Source: Octopus vulgaris
Taxonomy: Eukaryota
NCBI GenBank assembly: GCA_951406725.2
Contig: OX597816.1
Span: forward strand, 63,922,001 to 63,986,000
DNA: 64,000 nucleotides
Direction: 5' to 3'
Positions 1 through 12,117 of the stretch are shown here, in pieces. Within the stretch, counting starts at the first letter, position 1. The number at the start of each line of letters is the position of its first letter. A program made the translations under genes and the position numbers. Under the pieces are notes generated by a model that ran no database searches, was not told the origin of the DNA, and was given only the letters and a program-made list of their open reading frames with translations.

Positions 1-189
1 TTCAATGCATGAAAGTACTAGTTCAATCAGAATGAATATTTAACATTCTACTATTTCATTTTATTTTATTCAATTATAATATATTATCTTATAATATATC
101 ATTATAAGATTGTAAATAAAACGTGAAAATCAGACAAGGTTGGAATTCTTTTTATTAATATATTCTTCTATACACAATCACACACACCC

Positions 190-204
190 ATATATATATA
201 TATA

Positions 205-260
<56 letters not shown>
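190..260. repeat. (TA)n microsatellite, representative of dozens of (TA)n/(CA)n/(CATA)n/(GATA)n tracts in the window
   Basis: Read directly; explains the [12 protein letters not shown] ORFs in the track. Confidence 0.95.
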
Positions 261-265
<5 letters not shown>

Positions 266-591
266 CTGTATATATATAATATATACATGCGTATGTATGT
301 GTGCGCGCTTTTGTATGTGTATGAGTGTATTTTTGGTATTATATGTGCGCATTCAACCTACCGTATTGAGTTCCATGTCCGATAATGATTGTATTACTTC
401 TTTTATCGTTTATCTTTTACACGTTTCAGTCCTTAGACTGAGGCCATGATGGAGCACAACTTTGAAAAATTGTAGCTCAACGAATTCACACCAACGCCGG
501 TTGTCAAGCAGTGGTCGGAGGTAAATAAACACGCACATGCGCGCGGACATTCACACACGCACACACTCATACATACATAGACATACATACA

Positions 592-632
<41 letters not shown>

Positions 633-846
633 CTACATACATACATACATACATAGACACACACGCACACACACATACAAACACACACACGCACACACAC
701 ACACACACGCTCATACATTTATTTGTATATTTATTAAAATTGAGCAAAAGAAACAGATAGACTCCAGGTTCGAGAGTTTCGTGCGTTGGCAATTTAATGA
801 AAATATTTAAACGCTCATATTTTGAGTTCTCTTTCCCCTGTTTATA

Positions 847-932
<86 letters not shown>

Positions 933-1015
933 GTATATAATATATATGACCATGTGACCAAGGCTTCCTTCAGTTTTTGTGTATCAAAGACCCACACAAG
1001 GCTTTGGTCGTCCCG

Positions 1016-1250
1016 AGGCGGCGAGTTGGCAGAATCGTTAGCACGCCGGGCGAAATGCGTAGCCGTATTTCGTCTGCCGTTACGTTCTGAGTTCAAATTC
1101 CGCCGAGGTCGAATTTTCCTTTCATCCTTTCGGGGTCGATAAATAAAGTACCAGTTACGCACTGGGGTCGATGTAATCGACTTAATCCTTTTGTCTGTCC
1201 TTGTTTTACCCCTCTATGTTTAGCCCCTTGTGGTCTATAAAGAAATAAGT
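1016..1250 (+). mobile_element. tRNA-derived SINE, family B (GGCGGCGAGCTGGCAGAA head)
   Basis: A-box-like TGGCAGAATCG and B-box GAGTTCAAATTCC; related copies at 27157, 32858, 37240 and 41972. Confidence 0.8.
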
Positions 1251-1521
1251 ATAATAAAAGACAATTGCCATATGATCCATGCAATGGATTGAAACCGGAG
1301 CAATGAGTTTCGGAGCAAGTTTCCTACTATACAGCCGCGTCTGTCTCTAAATAACATATAACATACTTTCATGTCTTGCACTACATCTCCCTCTCTTTCT
1401 TTCTCTCTCTCTCTCACGCGCGCTCTCTCAAACCCAATCTTTACATGCATATATGTATGTACATATGTGTGCATGTATATATTGTCTGTTTCTGTATATA
1501 TATACTCGTACATATATTGAA

Positions 1522-1852
1522 GGAGCATGGCTCAGTGGTTAGGGCGTCGGGCTTACGATCGTCAGGTTGTGAGTTCGATTCCCAGACCGGGCTGCGTATT
1601 GTGTTCTTGAGCAAGACACTTTATTTCACGTTGCTCCAGTTCAGTCACATGTACAAATGAATTGCCACGTCACAGGTGCCGAGCCGTATCAGCCTTTGCC
1701 TTTCCCTTGGATAACACTGGTGGCGTGCAGAGGGGAGGCCGGAATGCATGGGCAACTGCTGGTCTTCCATAAACAACCCTGCCTGGACTTGTTCCCGGGA
1801 GGGTAACTTCTTAGGTGCAATACCATGGTCAGTCCTGACCGAAGGAGTTCTC
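1522..1852 (+). mobile_element. tRNA-derived SINE, family D, with CORE-like central domain
   Basis: TGGCTCAGTGG A-box, GAGTTCGATTCCC B-box, then GTGTTCTTGAGCAAGACACTT core-like motif. Confidence 0.7.
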
Positions 1853-1869
1853 AGCATATATATATATTG

Positions 1870-2090
1870 CTTTATTCTTTAAATTGTTTCACTCATTTGG
1901 GTGCGCCCATGCTGGAGTACCGCCTTTAGTCGAACAAATCGACCCTAGGACTTGTTCTTTGTAAGCCTAGTAGTATTTTATCGGACACTTCTCCAAACCT
2001 CTAAGTTACGGAGCCATAAACACACCAACATCGGTTGTCAGGCAATGGTATGGGGACAACCACAGGCACAAAAAATACATACATACATAC

Positions 2091-2174
<84 letters not shown>

Positions 2175-2327
2175 TACAACTGGCTTCTTTCAGTTTCCGT
2201 CCACCAAATCCACCCAGAAAGCTTTGTTCGACCCGAGACTATAGGAAAAGACACTTGCCCAAATTACCTCACAGTGGGACTGAATCCGGAACCATCTTTT
2301 TAGGAAGCAAGCTTCTAACCACACAGC
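1870..2327 (-). mobile_element. SINE family A (tRNA head, CORE-like domain, internal (TA)n/(TG)n, 3' tail)
   Basis: Reverse complement of the intact copy at 41385-41805. Confidence 0.8.
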
Positions 2328-2356
2328 TTATATTATATATGTATTATAATATATGT

Positions 2357-2667
2357 GGAGGCGCAATGGCCCAGCGGTTAGGGCAGCGGACTCGCGGCCG
2401 TAGGATCGCGCTTTCGTTTCCCAAACCGGGTGTTGTGAGTTTTTATTGAGCGAAAATACCTAAAGCTCCACGAGGCTCCAGCAGGGGGTGGTGGCGGTCC
2501 CTGCTGTACTCTTTCGCTACAACTTTCTCTCACTCTTTCTTCTGTTGGCCTGCCCCCCTAGCCAGCGGGGTGGCGTCATTTGAAGCCTAAAACAAAGCGA
2601 GGCGCATTGTGACCAGCGATATGTAGCAACATCTGATAGGCTGGTCGGTCACGGTGATCACGGTGAT
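2357..2667 (+). mobile_element. SINE family C (GGAGGCGCAATGGCCCAG head), tail type 1
   Basis: tRNA-like head shared with six other copies; ATTATAATATAT on both flanks (TSD-like). Confidence 0.8.
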
Positions 2668-2671
2668 TATA

Positions 2672-2739
<68 letters not shown>

Positions 2740-4195
2740 TCGTTTTGTGTGTGTGTGTGTTTATATATGTACGTTTTCTGCTAAATATAATCTTTAACAA
2801 TGTCCAACCACTATGCTTATGAGCATTACTCTTCACTATTGATACAACTTAAAATCTTTTGATGCAGCTTAAACATTTCAAGTTCGATCAGCTGAGGCAT
2901 CGGAAGTAGCGGAAGCGTTGACCTATGTGAACAGGGCCGTCATTAACTTCACAAAAACTCAGTCACTACACATGTCACGTATACAAAGTTCTTCTGCTTT
3001 CCCTCTAATCTTGAACAATAGTTAACCTAATGTACATACTTGGTATTACATGGCTGATCTCTTCTAAATAGGCTATAGTTTAGAGTATAGCAGAAACTGC
3101 CTCCAATGATCTAGATTTGACTCACTCAAGCCTGCTCTATCAAATTTTAAAAGGCAATGCTTCTCCCACATATCACATGGTAATGTTGCAACGTATGTTC
3201 TAGAACAAACCTCCGTCACATTCCTTAAAAGAATTGAGAAGGTCTCATCATTCTAGAGATAGTGTGTTCTGGGACTTAAACAACAACAAACAAATAACTA
3301 CATTATGCAAAGCCGATCCCAATGCAAGCCACTGCCTGGTTAATTGGCAATGACAGAAGCACCAACACACTCCAGCCTCTTACTCACTCATATGGCGGAG
3401 TTAGTCTTCTTACATCGCCTGTGCTATCGCATCACATAAACCTTTGCTCTACTATTCATACTCTCCCACACGATCTTATCTGGCTTTCGACCACTTCACT
3501 TCTCTTTCCTAGGGTTTCCACTCACAAATTATCACGTTTTGCTTTTTTTGTTATCTCAACAGTAATTTCTTTGGCGTTGATTGGCAGGTTGCATATGATT
3601 TTATGACTGTTCTGCTATCCGCGTTATTAAAATTCACAGGTCACTCAAACTTGTCATCTATAAAAGGAACAGAAAATTAGTGCGCGTCCTTCGAACTTCC
3701 CGTAGGATATAATAACGTCAATTTTTCACAACATAATTACGATTTCTTAAATTTAACACTAAACATCAGTTCAATTATGAGTGACAGCTACAAGTGGCTC
3801 ATCTACTTAGCGAAGATTAATCTACACTACAGAATGGTTCATGCCAAACTTTCTTCCCAAATAACTAATTACTTAGATTTTGTTGAAATATTAAACAAAC
3901 AACCAGAACAAGTGCACCTTTATATTTCGGTGAACGTAAATTAAATGTTCTGTTATAAAATGATTCTATTACCTTTGTCTACATTTAAAACCTTCTTTTC
4001 TGACCAGCAAAAACATAGAAAATTCATCTGTAGTAGTGAGAGAAGTGAATTTCCTTGTACGTGTCATGTGACTTAATGTTATTTGATTTATACGAAAAAA
4101 AAAAGTTCAATACAAATCAGAATGCCTGCAGCATTCTTGTCTAAGTTATATTTGAATGACACTTAACAAATTATAGTCCAGTCAAATCATGTAAA

Positions 4196-4641
4196 ACACA
4201 CAGGCACGCACGCACACGCATACACACACGCACACACACACACACACGTACATACGTACACGCCACACACACGCACTTTCATAACCCACATAAGAAGACT
4301 AAGAATTTAGCATACACACACCACACGCACACACACATACGTACATACGTACACACCACACACACGCACACACACATACGTACAAACGTACACACCACAC
4401 ACACGCACACACATATACGTACACACGTACACACCACACACACGCGCGCACACATACGTACAAACGTACACACCATACACACGAACACACACATACGTAC
4501 ACATGTACACACCACACACACGAACAAACACACGTACACACCACACACACGCACACACACATACGTACACACGTACACACCACACACACGCACACGCACA
4601 CGCACTTTTATAACCCAAATCAGAAGACAAAGAATTTAGCA
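4196..4641. repeat. ~30-bp CA-rich minisatellite (CACACATACGTACACACGTACACAC) with a duplicated ~40-bp flank
   Basis: Unit repeated about 9 times; CGCACTTT-ATAACCCA-AGAAGAC-AAGAATTTAGCA occurs at ~4271 and ~4601. Confidence 0.8.
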
Positions 4642-5183
4642 CAGTTGGAATTGTTTCGGCATTAATCTGTTTTTAGTGCCATTGCACGAAGTTCCATGTG
4701 ACATGTTACGTAATACCTGTATTTCTTTAGAAAGTAATTAATTTCTACCTTCGACTGTTTACGACTTAAGATCTCTATCAAAACTATCCGAACTTGAACT
4801 AACTTTTTAGATGTTTCCTTAGGCCTCCAAACCCATTCACATACATAAACCATTTCACAAGATTAAAGAGAACCTTAGATATATCAATAAATATTCCTGT
4901 CACCCACATATTACATTTAGAAACTTAATTTCTGATATTAGCCGTAAGATCCTATGCCTTTCTTCTTCTGAAAGGCTGTTGAATATTAAAGGGTAGCGGC
5001 TTTACTGATAAAATATTCTACAACACCGACCCACTCTGTCATATTGTCGTAACAATATCTTTCGGTAAGTTATATGGTTGCCCCCCCCCCCCTGCATTTC
5101 TCCATTAATGTTAGGACGAACGTAGGTAGAAATCTCTTAGTAGATAACAGTTTTCTCCACTTTCCTAGAAACCATAAATACTA

Positions 5184-5749
5184 TTGGGTTGTCCGGAAAG
5201 TTCGTGCCGATTTGTAGTAGCTTAGCTTTCGACTTGTTTTAGAACATGTTTGAGTCCATAAAATACGATTTGTGTACACCTCCATTTAGAGTACAGTTTA
5301 AGCTATCTTTTTGTGGAAGAAAGTTTATGTTCCTATAACCTGTGTTAATTCTGTAACCCTTTAAAATGGAAGATAAGAAAAATTATTTTAGGCACTTGAT
5401 ACTTTGGGAACCAGACAAAAATTGCTGCAGCTCGGCTGGGATGTGTTACCCCACCCTCCATATTCACCAGATATTGCTCCTTCGGATTTCCATTTATTCA
5501 GGTCTCTGCAGAATAGTCTTAATGGTAAAAATTTCAATTCCTTGGATGACGTAAAAAGATACCTTGATGAATTCTTTGCCATGAAACCACCTCAATTCTG
5601 GGAAGAGAGTATTTTCAAGTTAAAGGAAAGATGGAGACGCATTGTGCAACAAAATGATTCATATTTCGTTGATTAAAAATGTAAAGGCAAGTATTTATTG
5701 ACCTTTCTCTTTCCTTTAAAAATCGGCACGAACTTTCTGGACAACCCAA
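5184..5749 (+). mobile_element. Internally deleted (non-autonomous) mariner transposon, 566 bp
   Basis: ~30-bp TIRs TTGGGTTGTCCGGAAAGTTCGTGCCGATTT / AAATCGGCACGAACTTTCTGGACAACCCAA with TA at both ends; transposase N-terminus (MEDKKNYFRHLILW) joined out of frame to the C-terminus (HPPYSPDIAPSDFHLF). Confidence 0.92.
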
Positions 5750-6439
5750 TATAAAATCTTTAGCTGACACAAAATAACCTTTTTTTGCATCCCATTAAGA
5801 TATTTCATATCAATAAGCAACAGACGATCCGAGCGTATCCTGGATGCACATGTAGAAACAAATTTAAATGTACTCTAGAGCAGAAATGCAATATATCCTC
5901 CGTTGTTTATAAAAAAAAAACAGGTTTCATTGACCTATGGCAAGGGTCGGCCAAAAATCAAACGTTATATCGTAGCCGTTGTGCGAAAATTAAAATCCAG
6001 ATATAACAACTACATTTCCTGATAAAAGACATTAAACGAACCTTTCAGTTTTAATCTGGAGACCTAAAGATGAAGGGAACAACTACGACAGCAAATGTAA
6101 AAATCATCTCCAGGGGCAGACCGTATTTTAACGGGTCATGAAGTTCAGTATGTTCTCTTGAAAAACTATATCTCTTATTTGAGAACCTCTAACGACTACT
6201 TAAGATCCAGGAACGAGAGTTTTTATCTCTAAGCCTACATTTTAAGAAATATATTATGACGGAATTTAAATATAGGCTACCAGACACAAAGTAAGCCATT
6301 AACATCCTATGTACGTTTTTGTAATGGTATGTTGTAGCATTGGTTATCCCCCTTGTATTGTTATTTTTCTCTTCTCTATTTACGTCCTTTGTTTAAACGT
6401 CATCAACGTAAAAAACGCAACCGAGAACAGTCTTCTTTT

Positions 6440-6487
6440 CAGCTTGAAAAACGGCTAATGTATCGACGAGGAAACTCTGAGTAGCTG
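6440..6487 (+). ncRNA. Degenerate minimal hammerhead-like motif (PLE pLTR relic)
   Basis: CAGC-TTGAAAA-...-GAAAC-TCTGA-GTA-GCTG: stem I CAGC/GCTG and near-palindromic stem III intact, CUGANGA box mutated. Confidence 0.4.
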
Positions 6488-6579
6488 TATTTAACAAGAT
6501 TTGCAGTTTTATTTAGCTTTATCCCTACTCTCTTAGCTGATTGAAAGATATTCTACTTATTGAAGCCTTAGCTCATTCG

Positions 6580-6619
<40 letters not shown>

Positions 6620-7853
6620 ACACACACACACACACATATATATTCATTTATTCCTTTATTTATCCATTTATTTGTTTATAAACGCATACATATATGCGTA
6701 TGTGTATAAACACATATGAACCTTAAGATATTAAGAATTTCTTAGATATGGTGAAGCACAACAAGAGAAGTTGATAAAATAGACTAAAGTACAATAAGCA
6801 GTGTTGTTGGAATAAATTATCTGGAATAAATGCTGAAATATTCGCAGACATTCAAGTTAAAACTATAGTTATTGACAGTTTCGTAGAATATCAAGAGTTT
6901 CTAAGATTGTAAAAAGTATACTAAGAGATATAAAATGCAAAAATGTGAACAAAATTGTTTGATATGGAGTATTATAAGAGATAATAAAACATAATAGACA
7001 AATAGCAGGAAAAAAACAATATACAATATGAATATACAAAACTCCGAATGATATCCGAAAAAAGTGTATAAGCTTAAGTTGGGGAAACAATTATGTGTAG
7101 TGGTAGAAGTATTTAGTGCAATCGGGTGTTGACAACGAAAGCATTACAGTGTGGATAAATTAAGGATCAGATGGCGAACAGACTCGGTACATGATTGATT
7201 TCCCCACGCGGTGGTTTAGATTAGAGTTAATATGTACTCGTTCTTTAGCCATTATATCGACTGTTTGGTTTTTACCTAAAGGTTTTTACCCATAGGGATC
7301 GGGAAATTAAAGATAAAATTCATAGTTAGTTTACTAGATTGGATGATTATTTTAGGTTGTGGGTGATTATTTTAGATTCGCATAATGAGGGAGTTAACTA
7401 TGTAAAATTGATGAAAAAATTTAAGGTCATAGAAGTTTCGTAAACGCCCTGTAGTATTTGTGCGGACAGCGTATTAGAATCTCATATCAAAATACTCTTA
7501 ATGTTTATGATTTCAAGCGCTTCTATTCAGCATAAGTTACACTCACCCCTCTCTGTCCATATAGGGAAGAAATGTTGTTACCACTGAAGAGGAAATTTCG
7601 TATGGTAGTTTGCTCGGTTTTAAGTCCTATACCTTAAAGTATGGAGGTTGTCCTAACTTAATACATTCCAATTCAAATGGTTTCCGGAAGTGATATGTTG
7701 ATGATGCGGGTGCGCCCTCTCTGAAAATACGAGATTTTGGCGTACATAACTATAAGGCTTCTTATAGTATTGGGCATTCTGCATGAATATAATGATGTAT
7801 ATATATATATATGCATTTTGTAAGTAATATATTTACAAGCATATACAAACATG

Positions 7854-7934
<81 letters not shown>

Positions 7935-8113
7935 CTATGCGTGCGTTTGTGTCTGTATGCATACACGCACACATAAATATATATGCGTGTATATATGTGC
8001 CTGCGTGTGTGTGCAGTGTGTGTGTATATATATATATATATACACACAAACACATATACATTATATACATATACGCTTATGCATCAATGCATATTTAAAT
8101 AAATATATATATA

Positions 8114-8150
<37 letters not shown>

Positions 8151-8906
8151 TATTTATAAGTATATATGAGATTATGGACGTGTACATAGAATCACGCGCA
8201 GCAGAGACACATCAACACACACGCGCATGAATCACTTGTATAAGAAAGCTTAAATGTCTTTATTGCGTGCAAATAGGAATAAGAAAAACTTTCTTTTCTA
8301 ATAAACACATAACATAGAAATAGCTCTCACTTCCTGTATACGCCATTTGTTTGGCCAAATTGTGTAACAGTCAGTTGTGACGGCTGTCAATATAGCGGCT
8401 CGAGCTCGGTGAACAACAGTTAATGGAACATGAGATACAAGCGAATGGATATTGTGGAAATTTTCCACGTTAAGTGTATGAAATGTATTAGAACGAAAGT
8501 TTTATTTAAAGATGTATAGTGATGTGATGAAATAAAGGACGACTTGATTTGTAGCTTATTATACACTGCAGATTTCTTTTCTGTTGAAGCATATGAAAGG
8601 GTGTGAACCGTTGTTGAAGCATTTAAGCAAGTATTCAATAAGATGTTATTTTACGGATGAGTGAGAGTGAGAATAGAATGTAAGCATATGTATGTATGTT
8701 TGTATGTACGTATGTATGTATGTATGTATCTTTGTATGTGTATCAGTGTGTGTGTGTATTTGTCTGTGTATGCATACGTAACGAAAGACAGTGAGAGAAC
8801 TGAAGAGAGTGATTAACTACATGTTCTTCCAAATAGTAAGACACATACCAACACACAAACAGACGCACACATAGTTATATACATATACATATGTATGTGT
8901 GTGTAC

Positions 8907-8916
8907 ATCTATCTAT

Positions 8917-8987
<71 letters not shown>

Positions 8988-9019
8988 CCTGCCTACCTAT
9001 CTACCTGCCTATCTAGCTA

Positions 9020-9054
<35 letters not shown>
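8907..9054. repeat. (TCTA)n + (TA)n compound microsatellite
   Basis: Read directly. Confidence 0.95.
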
Positions 9055-9058
<4 letters not shown>

Positions 9059-9223
9059 CTTACGAAAAAAACAAAAGACGAAGAACTCATTAGAAATAGC
9101 AGCTAACAAACTGTTTAAAACTATCTCCAATACTTAAAGAAAATCTCTCTTATAGTGTTTGCTCAACCTACAACTCACTAAAGAATGAGGGTAGACATTA
9201 AAAAATCAAATGCAAAGGTTATT

Positions 9224-9275
9224 TGAGAACGTACGTTTCAGATTAGTCAAAATCGACACTTCTATCATCAGCTCA
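9224..9275 (-). ncRNA. Hammerhead-like motif (inverted copy)
   Basis: Reverse complement of the motif at 9600-9652, one T shorter. Confidence 0.55.
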
Positions 9276-9599
9276 GAACTCCCTGGTTTGGATTTGAAAA
9301 CACTGAAAGTGGTCCCTTTGTATACTGAATACTTGGTGAAATTGATTAATTAATTAATTTTACCCTCAATTGTTGAAATTATAATTCATCTCTCTCTATA
9401 TAATGCCTCGGATTTTACCGAAAAAAGCATAGTGTTTGCTGATTTTAACCCACGCTGGTGGAAAGGGAGAGCAGAAATTCTTCGTTTGCATATTTGAATT
9501 TGCTAGCACTGTTAGTTTTGAGCAGATCTTCAGAAGCGATAACAGGCCGAAAGGGTATGCTCCCACTTTCAGTGTTTTCAAATCCAAACCAGGGAGTTC

Positions 9600-9652
9600 T
9601 GAGCTGATGATAGAAGTGTCGATTTTGACTAATCTTGAAACGTACGTTCTCA
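9600..9652 (+). ncRNA. Minimal type I hammerhead-like motif
   Basis: TGAG-CTGATGA-[imperfect stem II AGA/TCT, GTC/GAC]-GAAAC-GTAC-GTT-CTCA; stem I TGAG/CTCA; perfect palindrome AACGTACGTT at stem III. Confidence 0.6.
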
Positions 9653-10121
9653 AATAACCTTTGCATTTGATTTTTTAATGTCTCTACCCTCATACTTTCG
9701 TGAGTTGAATTGAGCAAACACTATATGAGAGAGATTTTCTTTAAGTATTGGAGATAGTTTTAAAAAAGTTTGTTTAGCTGCTATTTCTAATGAGTTCAGT
9801 ATGCGGCAAAGTAATTTATTTTACTAAGCCCTTTTATATAATGTAATAATTTGAATTCGCCTTTGTATACTGAATACTTGGTGAAATTGATTAATTAATT
9901 AATTTTACCCTCAATTGTTGAAATTATAATTCATCTCTCTCTATATAATGCCTCGGATTTTACCGAAAAAAGCATAGTGTTTGCTGATTTTAACCCACGC
10001 TGGTGGAAAGGGGAGAGCAGAAATTCTTCGTTTGCACATTTGAATTTGCTAGCACTGTTAGTTTTGAGCAGATCTTCAGAAGCGATAACAGGCCGAAAGG
10101 GTATGCTCCCACTTTCAGTTC

Positions 10122-10174
10122 TGAGCTGATGATAGAAGTGTCGATTTTGACTAATCTTGAAACGTACGTTCTCA
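10122..10174 (+). ncRNA. Minimal type I hammerhead-like motif (second tandem copy)
   Basis: Identical to 9600-9652. Confidence 0.6.
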
Positions 10175-10452
10175 AATAACCTTTGCATTTGATTTTTTAA
10201 TGTCTCTACCCTCATACTTTCGTGAGTTGAATTGAGCAAACACTATATGAGAGAGATTTTCTTTAAGTATTGGAGATAGTTTTAAAAAAGTTTTTTTAGC
10301 TGCTATTTCTAATGAGTTCAGTATGCGGCAAAGTAATTTATTTTACTAAGCCCTTTTATATAATGTAATAATTTGAATTCGCCTTAAATGGTCCCTTTGT
10401 ATACTGAATACTTGGTGAAATTGATTAATTAATTAATTTTACCCTCAATTGA

Positions 10453-10510
<58 letters not shown>

Positions 10511-10513
<3 letters not shown>

Positions 10514-10800
10514 AGAGCTTACAAAAAAACAAAAGACGAAGACAGGTGGTGTACAAAACAAACAGATGTATTAGTATAACGCTCACGAATAGGAAAAGTC
10601 TTTTACGTTTCGAACCTACGCTCTTCTACAGAAAGGGACACAGAAAAAACAAGGAGTGAAACGAGGAGAGAAAATGTGCCTGTTGAATATAGTACTTAAG
10701 TTAAAGGCAGGACAGTAGTATGGTATTATCCATATAATTCAAAATGGGGTGATTATAATATATATATATATATAAATATATATATATACTATTCATATAA
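10511..10800 (-). mobile_element. Probable PLE pseudo-LTR relic next to (TA)n
   Basis: Minus strand reads TAGAAGAGCGTAGGTTCGAAACGTAAAAG, a degenerate NNGAAGA...GAAAC hammerhead-like box; abuts (TA)n. Confidence 0.4.
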
Positions 10801-11504
10801 ATACAGTGTACATTTATACATAAAAGAGGTATCCGTATCCATATATATATATATATATATGCTCCAACAGAAACAAAATCTGCAGTCTATTCTAAGCTAC
10901 AAAGTTGCCCTGTATTTCATCACATCACTATACATCTTTAATGTAAATCATTGGAGGTACATTTTTGCAAATAGCCGCTATAAATTTCACGATTCTGCTC
11001 TTCAGCTGATTACGAAAGAGGCAATATATCATATTTATGTAAAATGTTCACAGAATATTGTGAATGAAAAAAGGAGTACTGATTGTGTGATATAATGTTA
11101 CGAAGAGATATACCCAAATCGCTGTTTGGGTATATCAAATGTATATATAATGGGAGATGTTTTTAGAAATTTTCAGGACATACATATTTGTATATAGTAT
11201 AAAATGAAAAATGCACTAAAATGAAATAAAAACTAGTCATTGCAACATTTGTATGAGAGCCGTTGTATTCAAATACAAAAATGTATTCAATCAGGTGTAG
11301 AAAAATTAATATAATTTTATTGTTACACTGTAATTAGCCGTACGGTAATCAAAATGCTAAAGATCTGCAATAGCAAACGAAAGGCGAACAGTTATTACGC
11401 CGCACGAGGCTGCCGGAAAAAAATAGCTTTCTCTCATTTGAAAAATGGATAACTAATCAGCATTTTTCCCTGAAGAAGGAACAATGCAACACCGTGGATA
11501 CTTA

Positions 11505-11889
11505 CTCTTTTATTCTTTTACTTGTTTCAGTTATTTGACTGCGGCCATGCTGGAGCACCACCTTTAGTCGAGCAAATCGACACCAAGACTTATTCTTTGG
11601 AAGCCTAGTACTTATTCTATCGGTCCCTTTTGCCAAACCGCTAAGTTACGGGGACGTAAACACACCAGCATCGGTTGACAAGCGATATTGGGGGGTCAAA
11701 TACAGATATACGAACAAACACACACACATATATACATATACATATATACGACGGACTTCTTTCAGTTTCCGTCTACCAAATCCACTCACAAGGCTTTGGT
11801 CGGCCCGAGGCTATAGTAGAAGACAGTTGTCCAAGGTGCCACGCAGTGGGACTGAACCCGGAACCATGTATTTTGTAAGCAAGCTACTT
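11505..11889 (-). mobile_element. SINE family A, body and 3' part (head interrupted by the LINE; remainder at 17314-17344)
   Basis: Matches the reverse complement of 41385-41805; continues as AAGCTACTTACCACACAGCCACTCCTGCGCC after the LINE. Confidence 0.85.
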
Positions 11890-12117
11890 TATTTCATATA
11901 ATTTGCCATTTAGGCATTTACAAAGAGGGGACAAACAAGGACAGACAAATATAAAGGGTGAAGTAGCTTAACACAGTTACAATTTTCGAATGAAATTACG
12001 GATAAGATTATAAACAATGAATTTTACGAAGACAATGTTTAAAAATATTAATGATCATGTCGAAGGACGGACACCCAGCCATCCGGGTAGAACCTTTACT
12101 TTCTGATCCGGTCACAC

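Larger units (their letters stand above)
9083..10451 (+). mobile_element. Non-coding ~555-bp tandem repeat element with 5' inverted segment and hammerhead-like motifs (retrozyme or non-autonomous PLE-like)
   Basis: 9083-9312 is the reverse complement of ~9563-9798; units at ~9310-9864 and ~9861-10385, plus a partial unit 10389-10451; no credible ORF. Confidence 0.7.

Noticed and set aside
140-1162. ORFs rich in YI/CV/HT/MYVC repeats here and throughout the window (e.g. 4279-4642, 7673-8169, 25808-26406, 32514-32984, 44240-44661)
   Set aside because: Translations of microsatellites and SINEs; no evidence of coding function
9520-9562. GAGCA...GGCCGAAAGGGTATGCTC resembling a second ribozyme in the tandem unit
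   Set aside because: No CUGANGA box in register; kept only as a hairpin
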